Virus record (IMG/VR): IMGVR_UViG_3300033073_001881
Span: 1-64,000 of that record
DNA length: 64,000 nt
Direction: 5' to 3' (one strand)
DNA from: a virus
Lineage: Duplodnaviria > Caudoviricetes
Position 1 is the first letter of the stretch; each line of letters starts with the position of its first letter. A program made the translations under genes and the position numbers. A model generated the notes under the pieces. That model was given only the letters and a program-made list of their open reading frames with translations, had not been told where the DNA came from and did not search any database. Positions 1-6,480 of this stretch are shown here, piece after piece.

Positions 1-1965
1 TGCTGTAACGACGTCGTCTGCCTTGAGGGCGAAGGTGAAGGTGACAGTCTTTGCACCGGAGAGTGCGTAGTCTGCAGTTTCCTTCATCATCTGGCCGTTG
101 AGGTAGATGTCAACGCGTGCCTTGTCGAATGTACCTGCGCTCCAGTCTGGACCGGATGCGAAGGTGAAGGCGCCGTTTGCAATGTCAGAAGCAAGCATTT
201 CTGCCCACTTGCCCTTACCACCACCAGAACCTGCTGCGAGTTCGTTGAGTGCGCCAACAACTGATGTTGCTGAGAAGCCAACGAGTGCGCTGTTTGATGC
301 ATCGGTGAGGTCGATTGGGAGGCTGAGTTCGATACCGCCGACACCGTCAGCAGCAACGTCGATCTGGTACTGTGTACCAGCAACGAGTGCGTCGAGTGCA
401 ACGCTTTCGAGTGCGCCACCAACTGACTTAACAAGGTAGTCGTTTGCAAGACCGCTGAGGGTCATGCCAACGAATTCTGGTGATGCTGAGGTACGGATGT
501 CCTGAGCAAGACCAATTTCTGCCTTGAAGCCGTTCTGGACGAGCTCGAGACCGACGTTAGCTTCGATAGCAACAAATTCGTCCCATGCTGCTGGAACGAT
601 TGAGCCGCTTGCGCCAACCTTGTATGCCTTGCCAGCATCTGCTGCGTAGTCACCGAGCTTGAGGGTGTCAAACTCGACGTCTGCGTCAGTGTGGATGCTC
701 TGTGGAAGGCTAAGGGTGATTGAGCCGTCTGCATCGTCTGCAACTGAGACCTGATTTGCTGTACCAGCAACCCAAGCTGAGAGGTCTGCTGAAACCATTG
801 CCTTGTTTGCATCAGATGCCATGAGGCGTGATGCAGTGAGGTTGCTTCCAGTGACTGCTGCGAAGGTGACAACTGAGGTTGTCTCAACTGGCTGGCCGAT
901 TGCTACTGTGATTACAGCGCCAGACTCAGAGATGTGAACGCCGGTACCTTCTGCAAGGCGGGCTTCGATTGCATCTGCAAGTTGCTGATTGCTGACTTCA
1001 ACGAGGTTACCAGAAGCGTCTGCCCAAACGATTGACTCGCTAAGGTCAAGAGCCTGGATTGTGTCTGCTGCGAACTTGTCGCTTGCAATCCACTTACCAC
1101 CGTCTGCAGTTGCCCAACGGATGTTCTCACCTGCATTCTCGTCTGCGAGGTAGATACCTGCGCCGTCAACGAGTGTGCCTTGTGAGATGACAACCTTTGC
1201 GTCCTTGACAAGGAGGTTCTGGGTGTCGATTGTTGTGGTTGCACCCATGACGTTGAGGTCGCCAGAGATGGTGACGTCGCCGCTGAATGAACCTGAGCGT
1301 ACTGAGATGTCCTTAGCGAGGGTGAGGCCACCTGCGCCGAAGGTCATTTCTGAGCTGTCAACAAGGGCGCCAGAAGCACCTGCGTAGACAACACGGCCGT
1401 TTGTAAGGTCAGAAACCTTAGCAGAAGCGACTGTGAGGTCAGTGCCGTCGAAGACCATGTTTGCGCTGTCAACGAGTGATCCTGATGGACCAGCAAAAAC
1501 AACGCGTGTATCAGTGAGGTCTGAGACCTTTGCTGATGCTACAACGAGGTCGTTGCCGTCAAACTTGATCTTGTCGTTTGAGCGAAGCTTCTTTGCTGTG
1601 TTGTGGAAGACAAGTGCACCATCGTTAGCTGCGAGGGTGTCGACCTGTGCATCGCCGTACATGTGAGTAAGACCCTTGAGGTCTGACTGACCGGCAATCT
1701 CAAGACCAGCTGCACCTTGGATGTGGCTTGATGCTGAGAGGATACCGATGAACTTTGATGTTGCGTGTTCAAACTTACCTGGTTCCTGGCTTGTGAAAGC
1801 TGTTGAACCGTGAATGTTTGCGACTGCCTGTGCGAAACCGCCAAGGATGTCCTCGAGGTCTGCTGCTACGAAGTTTGCTGGGCCTGCGCCCTGGGTGACT
1901 GATGCTGGTTCAAATGCTGCCATTGAACCTGTAATAGCATCAAGTCTCATCTGTGTACGTGCCAT
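1..1965 (-). CDS. Large virion structural/fibre-like protein, 3'-partial (>=655 aa), absent from the ORF track
   Basis: ATG at 1965 (MARTQMRLDAITGSMAAFEP...). The segments I translated are in one frame that reaches base 1 (...YLNGQMMKETADYALSGAKTVTFTFALKADDVVTA); the ORF-track hits here are in other frames. Contains the fibre-like motif GDVTISGDLNVMGATTTIDTQNLLVKD and a 37-aa tandem repeat. Confidence 0.85.
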   Translation of the reverse strand, partial: MARTQMRLDAITGSMAAFEPASVTQGAGPANFVAADLEDILGGFAQAVANIHGSTAFTSQEPGKFEHATSKFIGILSASSHIQGAAGLEIAGQSDLKGLTHMYGDAQVDTLAANDGALVFHNTAKKLRSNDKIKFDGNDLVVASAKVSDLTDTRVVFAGPSGSLVDSANMVFDGTDLTVASAKVSDLTNGRVVYAGASGALVDSSEMTFGAGGLTLAKDISVRSGSFSGDVTISGDLNVMGATTTIDTQNLLVKDAKVVISQGTLVDGAGIYLADENAGENIRWATADGGKWIASDKFAADTIQALDLSESIVWADASGNLVEVSNQQLADAIEARLAEGTGVHISESGAVITVAIGQPVETTSVVTFAAVTGSNLTASRLMASDANKAMVSADLSAWVAGTANQVSVADDADGSITLSLPQSIHTDADVEFDTLKLGDYAADAGKAYKVGASGSIVPAAWDEFVAIEANVGLELVQNGFKAEIGLAQDIRTSASPEFVGMTLSGLANDYLVKSVGGALESVALDALVAGTQYQIDVAADGVGGIELSLPIDLTDASNSALVGFSATSVVGALNELAAGSGGGKGKWAEMLASDIANGAFTFASGPDWSAGTFDKARVDIYLNGQMMKETADYALSGAKTVTFTFALKADDVVTA
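1343..1564 (-). repeat. Two tandem 111-bp (37-aa) intragenic repeats
   Basis: FDGNDLVVASAKVSDLTDTRVVFAGPSGSLVDSANMV followed by FDGTDLTVASAKVSDLTNGRVVYAGASGALVDSSEMT. Confidence 0.85.
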
Positions 1966-1972
1966 TTTGTTT

Positions 1973-2045
1973 AGTACCTTTTTCTTGAGTTAAGTCCCAC
2001 TACGCATTATGCACTGTGGGTTACGGGGACTTCTTACGAGGTACT
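1973..2045 (-). promoter_or_regulatory. Structured 5' leader with nested/alternative stems covering the RBS
   Basis: Inverted repeats AGTACCT(1973-1979)/AGGTACT(2039-2045) and AAGTCCC(1992-1998)/GGGACTT(2026-2032), plus an alternative CCCAC...GTGGG stem. Confidence 0.45.
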
Positions 2046-2048
2046 GAG

Positions 2049-2264
2049 CTATTGCTCATAAAGCATCTTTTTAATTCTTCGCATTGCTGCGTCGTATTTT
2101 GGATGCTCCGAATTAATATATTCCTGAATTAGTGGAGAAATCTCATCTGAGTTGTAACTAAATGTAAATGCAAATTTACCACCAACTCGATTTGCACCTA
2201 TAATTTTAACACCTTTCATGAATAGAAAAGCAGCTTCAGCGATGTCTGACGTAGTGTATTGCAT
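2049..2264 (-). CDS. Small hypothetical protein, DUF5659-like
   Basis: MQYTTSDIAEAAFLFMKG N-terminus resembles DUF5659. Start moved to ATG 2264, which has AAGGTGAG upstream. Confidence 0.55.
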   Translation of the reverse strand: MQYTTSDIAEAAFLFMKGVKIIGANRVGGKFAFTFSYNSDEISPLIQEYINSEHPKYDAAMRRIKKMLYEQ

Positions 2265-2324
2265 TATTCTCACCTTACATAACAAGTATTACAGAAAAAG
2301 TGTTTCTGTCTAAACAGATTATCG

Positions 2325-3332
2325 CTAGTAAGAATAAGTTGCAAAAAATCTTGAATATTCTTTATCAACAAGAGAATTGTTAATTGTTACTATTTTTCCA
2401 TTCAAAGTATAATCTTCGTTAGCTGTTAGAAGCTGGCCGTTCATAAAAATCATTGTAGAGCTTTCAGGAACAGGTGCATTTGCAAGTTCGATAATTGCCA
2501 TCTGCTGTTCAAAATTTAAAGTGCAAGGCTCATTAATTGAATATGACGTAACTTGAGTTTGATATGAGTACATCGCGAGGAGAACGTCGTCAACGATAGG
2601 AGGAAAACAAAAATTTACAATTGAACCTGTCAAAGTATAATCTGCTTCCGAACCAGATGTCATTAATTGTCCGTTCTTAAAAACCATAAGAGATGACGCT
2701 GGGGATGGTGCATTCGCTAATTGAAATTGCGTATTTTGATTGTCAATGATTCCTGCAAGAGAATCATTGATTGCAATATTAACGCCTACACCACCACTAT
2801 AATTTTCTAGTCCGCTAATTCTACTTTGCATAGAAGATATAGATGTGTCTATATCATTAAATTTAGTTGTAATCGTGCTATAAATGTCTTGAATATCTTG
2901 GGATGCTGTTAATGAAAGTTGTTCTACTGCTGTTAATCTAACATCAATATTATTAACACTAGCAGTTAAGACACCAATGCTATTGGTGTTTGCCAGTATA
3001 GCGTTTTCAATTTCAGTTAAATCAAAATTATTGATTGCTTCAAATTTAAATTTCCCTTTTGAAATTTCGGTTATTGAAATAGTGTCGCTTCCTTGAAGAG
3101 CGTTTGTGCCATCGGGCAGCATGAGCGTTCCAAGAGAACCACTTTCAAAATAAGAAGGACCACCAAATTTTGACTTTCCAGAAACAATAATATTCGCAGA
3201 CTTTTCTTCAACCCCGATATTTACATCGTAGATTGTGTTAAGGCTGCGAATTTGATTTGTTTTTAAATCACGACGAACAACTAATCCGTTGTTAATAAGT
3301 TCAGTCGTTTGAATTTTTGGAGGTGTAGCCAA
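2325..3332 (-). CDS. Virion structural protein with coiled coil and two C-terminal NGQ...DYTL modules
   Basis: TTG start with GAGGAG 8 nt upstream; heptad-like segment LTASVNNIDVRLTAVEQ; repeats VFKNGQLMTSGSEADYTL and IFMNGQLLTANEDYTL. Confidence 0.7.
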   Translation of the reverse strand: MATPPKIQTTELINNGLVVRRDLKTNQIRSLNTIYDVNIGVEEKSANIIVSGKSKFGGPSYFESGSLGTLMLPDGTNALQGSDTISITEISKGKFKFEAINNFDLTEIENAILANTNSIGVLTASVNNIDVRLTAVEQLSLTASQDIQDIYSTITTKFNDIDTSISSMQSRISGLENYSGGVGVNIAINDSLAGIIDNQNTQFQLANAPSPASSLMVFKNGQLMTSGSEADYTLTGSIVNFCFPPIVDDVLLAMYSYQTQVTSYSINEPCTLNFEQQMAIIELANAPVPESSTMIFMNGQLLTANEDYTLNGKIVTINNSLVDKEYSRFFATYSY

Positions 3333-3340
3333 ATCATTTA

Positions 3341-3367
3341 TCTCCTCAAATGTTAATTATGAGGAGA
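3341..3367 (-). promoter_or_regulatory. SD-sequestering hairpin with ATAATTA at the loop
   Basis: Perfect 8-bp inverted repeat TCTCCTCA(3341-3348)/TGAGGAGA(3360-3367); the 3' arm on the mRNA is the GAGGAG RBS; motif at 3354-3360. Confidence 0.65.
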
Positions 3368-3368
3368 C

Positions 3369-3740
3369 TTAGTATCCTTGATTAATTCTATCAATAATTA
3401 TTTGATGTTTTTTCTTATATGCATCAAATAGTTCATCAGGTGTTACACCAATCATTACAAGGGTACTAAAGAAAAAATTAAATGCATCAACGAACTCTTC
3501 TAAAAATTCTTCATGATCAAAATGAGGAATATCAGTTTGACGATGAGTCTTGCTATTCTTTAGATGTTGAAGAGCTTCAAACATTTCTTCAACACCTCGA
3601 AGAGTCACATCCTTCAATGCAATTTGGCTCTGTTTTTTTGATACATCAAGAGGAAAATCATTTGAATGTCCGGGAACATTTTTTGCCAGTTCATTCATAA
3701 ATTCTTTTCTAAGTCGAAAAATCTCCTCTAGCTTATCCAT
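3369..3740 (-). CDS. All-alpha NTP pyrophosphohydrolase (MazG / dimeric dUTPase / T4 gp56-like)
   Basis: EExxE and EExxD acidic motifs: GVEEMFEALQHLKN and FLEEFVDAFNFF; lies near thyX and nrdJ. Confidence 0.75.
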   Translation of the reverse strand: MDKLEEIFRLRKEFMNELAKNVPGHSNDFPLDVSKKQSQIALKDVTLRGVEEMFEALQHLKNSKTHRQTDIPHFDHEEFLEEFVDAFNFFFSTLVMIGVTPDELFDAYKKKHQIIIDRINQGY

Positions 3741-3748
3741 TTCAAACC

Positions 3749-3982
3749 TCAGTTATCGCAAGAAGTTTCATTTCTCATAGATTCTGCCATCTCTACAAGC
3801 CTATTGATGTTATCAGAAAGCTCATTGGAAAAATTCTGAGTTGGAGTAAGAAGTCCAGAGCTGTCTTCACAAAGCTCAAGAGTCCGTAACTGATCAACAA
3901 TATCAGTTCCTGTGATAATTCCTAACTGAACAAGATTGGCAATGGCAATAATGGACTGATCATCAAGTTTAAAAGTCTTCAT
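3749..3982 (-). CDS. Hypothetical protein
   Basis: 77-aa ORF with strong AAGGAG RBS, in operon context. Confidence 0.7.
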   Translation of the reverse strand: MKTFKLDDQSIIAIANLVQLGIITGTDIVDQLRTLELCEDSSGLLTPTQNFSNELSDNINRLVEMAESMRNETSCDN

Positions 3983-4012
3983 TTTTTCTCCTTAATAATT
4001 TTTTAACATGCT

Positions 4013-4066
4013 TTAAAAAAGTAAACTATTTTTGAATGGTTGGCACCCACCATGTAGTTCGACCAT
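4013..4066 (-). CDS. Possible 17-aa leader peptide MVELHGGCQPFKNSLLF
   Basis: ATG at 4066 preceded by GAGGAG, stop TAA at 4013-4015, directly downstream of a sigma70-like promoter. Supported only by RBS and context. Confidence 0.3.
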   Translation of the reverse strand: MVELHGGCQPFKNSLLF

Positions 4067-4088
4067 CTTTTGTCTCCTCACATATTTT

Positions 4089-4117
4089 ATTTTATCATAG
4101 TATGTGAGGTTTTTCAA
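4089..4117 (-). promoter_or_regulatory. Sigma70-type promoter with extended -10
   Basis: TTGAAA(4117-4112)-17 nt-TAAAAT(4094-4089), with TG at the extended -10 position. Confidence 0.65.
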
Positions 4118-4118
4118 A

Positions 4119-4919
4119 TTATCTTACAGGAGCCAGAACCAATTTATCGATTAGAGACTTGTCCTTACTCGAGATAGCAAATTTGGCTGAGACTTCATCA
4201 CATCCAAGAAATTTAGACACAGCAGCAATCGTAAGACTACCAATAACGCCGTCTATTTTACCGATACTATAACCAGCTCGGCAAAGTAGAGCCTGAAGTT
4301 CTGCTTCATAACCTGCAAATCCTCCGTGGCCAACCAAAATCGCTCCACATAAAGCTGCTTGTTCATAACCAGCTCTGTTAAGAAAAGGTTGCAACTCACC
4401 CCAATAATCGAAATGCCAGCTTTCACTTGCTCCTTCATCTGGAATTCCAATAACAGGAGTCCAACCAAGAGGTTTTGCTATTTCCCAAAAACGATCGAGT
4501 TGTTTATTTGCTGGGATTGGGAAATTTAACATTCCTACGTGAATGTCAATACTTCTGCCTGCGTTATGGCCACTGCGACCTGGAAGTGCAACAAAAGAAT
4601 TTTTCATAGTTGAGGCATTCCATAACGAACTTCCTGGCTTTGGTTTGCCTGCATTTACCCAATTGTCATATTTTTGACGAGCATCATATTGCGTTTGAAA
4701 ATTTCTATGACACTCTGTGACTCTAAAATCACCGCCAGCTTTCGATACTTCGACACTTAGCTTAAGTAGAGGATCAGCAACCTCAGGGTGAACATATCCC
4801 ATTTTCCCTAATGTTTGCAAAATCTTCAATGAATTTCGAGGACCTCCTGTTTTTCCTAAATTATCGTAGGAAGAAAGAATAGAGGAATCTACTGGAACAA
4901 GTTTAAAAGGTGCAGTCAT
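4119..4919 (-). CDS. Endolysin: M15-family Zn peptidase plus C-terminal peptidoglycan-binding domain
   Basis: PGRSGHNAGRSIDI (SxHxxGxxxD) and ESWHFDY (ExWH) motifs; C-terminal LQALLCRAGYSIGKIDGVIGSLT (DGxxGxxT PG-binding). ATG 4919 directly follows the thyX stop. Confidence 0.85.
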   Translation of the reverse strand: MTAPFKLVPVDSSILSSYDNLGKTGGPRNSLKILQTLGKMGYVHPEVADPLLKLSVEVSKAGGDFRVTECHRNFQTQYDARQKYDNWVNAGKPKPGSSLWNASTMKNSFVALPGRSGHNAGRSIDIHVGMLNFPIPANKQLDRFWEIAKPLGWTPVIGIPDEGASESWHFDYWGELQPFLNRAGYEQAALCGAILVGHGGFAGYEAELQALLCRAGYSIGKIDGVIGSLTIAAVSKFLGCDEVSAKFAISSKDKSLIDKLVLAPVR

Positions 4920-4920
4920 T

Positions 4921-5586
4921 TTAATATCCAAATGCGCTGATTGTGTGTTTAAATGGATTACCTGGTATGTCTTTCACTAATTGAAGCATTCTATCAGCAA
5001 TTTCCATTATTTCTACTTGGGCTTCTGGTTTTCTTCGAAGTCCCAAGAAATGATAAAATGATCGCCAGTTAAACATGACGTCCATTGTAATTTGATTTCC
5101 ATAAGGCAAATAGAATCTGGCACTTTCTTTTGCTCGCTTTCTACTTACTCCACTTTTTACAAGTCTCTCTAAAACTTCATGATATTGTTTATTTGCGTTT
5201 TCCATAAACAGAATATACTCTTCCTGTTCATGCACCGGCCAATCTTTTGGAATATAAAATCTGTCATTTTTTAATTCCTTATATCTTGCAGATTCACCAT
5301 TGATAGAAACGCCAATTCGATGTTTAAGTAAGTGAATATGGCTAGCACAGTCTACAGTGACAAGAAAATGCAAAGAACTTTTTTCAAAAGGAGTATGATG
5401 CTTATTATCAGCAAGCATGCTTAGCAATTGAGGAATTCTTTCTTTTTTCTTTTCATCAATATCACGGGATGTTGATGTCCAAGCGGATAAAGCATGAATC
5501 TCATCAGACCCATAATAACCAATTAATTCTACATCATTCATGTGAAGTTTGCAACTATCTACTTCGTCATTCATTGATTTATTCAA
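4921..5586 (-). CDS. thyX: FAD-dependent thymidylate synthase
   Basis: HHTPFEK, LLKHRIGVSINGESARY (ThyX signature), ESARFYLP, FNWRSFYHFLGLR, AQVEI. Confidence 0.95.
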   Translation of the reverse strand: MNKSMNDEVDSCKLHMNDVELIGYYGSDEIHALSAWTSTSRDIDEKKKERIPQLLSMLADNKHHTPFEKSSLHFLVTVDCASHIHLLKHRIGVSINGESARYKELKNDRFYIPKDWPVHEQEEYILFMENANKQYHEVLERLVKSGVSRKRAKESARFYLPYGNQITMDVMFNWRSFYHFLGLRRKPEAQVEIMEIADRMLQLVKDIPGNPFKHTISAFGY

Positions 5587-5594
5587 GATATCTC

Positions 5595-5825
5595 CTAAGT
5601 GAATTCAATTCCTGAATTTTTTTCTTCTTTAATTTTTTGATGGTGAGATGATTTTTTAGACCAGGCATTTTCATAAAAGACCTGCATGGTCATTAGAACA
5701 ATGCTATTAACGACTGTCACGCCAATAGCAACATTCCAATGACCAGTCATAATGCCTGTAATAAAAACGCTAAGGCTAATTGAAATACATCTCCAAACAA
5801 TTAGCCTTAGCGCTCTTTCATTCAT
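5595..5825 (-). CDS. Small two-TM membrane protein, DUF2061-like
   Basis: R..IVWRCISISLSVFITGIMTG...MQVFYENAW matches the DUF2061 pattern (WR...Y..HERxW). Confidence 0.6.
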   Translation of the reverse strand: MNERALRLIVWRCISISLSVFITGIMTGHWNVAIGVTVVNSIVLMTMQVFYENAWSKKSSHHQKIKEEKNSGIEFT

Positions 5826-5828
5826 GGC

Positions 5829-6431
5829 TTACCCCAGCACATACTCGAGATCAATTTTGCAAGTCAGAGTAGGAATATGAAGCACATTAGCAAGATTGTG
5901 CAACTTAGCTTCATTTGCATCAAGATACCAATCAGAATGACCGCGTTCATGAACAAGCTTTAAAAAGTAATCTGACTGTTTACCGCAATTTCTTGCCATC
6001 ATTTCATAAACTTTCTTATTGAGTCGCTCAGCTTCTCTTACATCAGCCTTTAGCTCCTCGACTTTGCCCCATGCACCTGAAGATACATCATGAACCATGA
6101 GGGTCGCGTCAGCGTCCATATATCGATGACCTTCTGCACCGAAACTAAAGAGGATTGCGCCGCAGCTCATGGCCTTTCCTTCCACGATAGTCGCTACAGG
6201 AACTCGAGAAGATTTAATTGCTGCGATCATTGACATCAAAGAATAAACTTGACCGCCATATGAATCAATAACAACTGGAATAATAGTTTGACCAGTGTTT
6301 TGGGCACGACTCATTGCATCCATAAATTCGGTGGCTGCCTCCTCATCGAATTTATTGACCCGAATAATGACAGGATCGACTTTAAGTTCTACTGATTTAA
6401 TGTGTTGAGAAACATCTGCAATGAAATTCAT
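5829..6431 (-). CDS. clpP: ClpP-like serine protease
   Basis: IDSYGGQV, GKAMSCGAILF (Ser), LMVHDVSSG (His), DWYLDANEA (Asp). Start moved to ATG 6431 (GGAG RBS) to remove the overlap with nrdJ. Confidence 0.9.
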   Translation of the reverse strand: MNFIADVSQHIKSVELKVDPVIIRVNKFDEEAATEFMDAMSRAQNTGQTIIPVVIDSYGGQVYSLMSMIAAIKSSRVPVATIVEGKAMSCGAILFSFGAEGHRYMDADATLMVHDVSSGAWGKVEELKADVREAERLNKKVYEMMARNCGKQSDYFLKLVHERGHSDWYLDANEAKLHNLANVLHIPTLTCKIDLEYVLG

Positions 6432-6480
6432 TCCATACTCCGTATTGTTGATTAGTGTTTCAATAAATGACTCTATCTCT

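Noticed and set aside
87-1844. Seven short ORFs on both strands listed in the ORF track
   Set aside because: They are off-frame or antisense shadows of the single 1-1965 gene; its strong codon bias leaves other frames open, giving Ser/Gln/Thr-rich nonsense products.
5595-5825. Two-TM protein as the holin
   Set aside because: It fits DUF2061 better and is not adjacent to the endolysin; there is no positive evidence for holin function.
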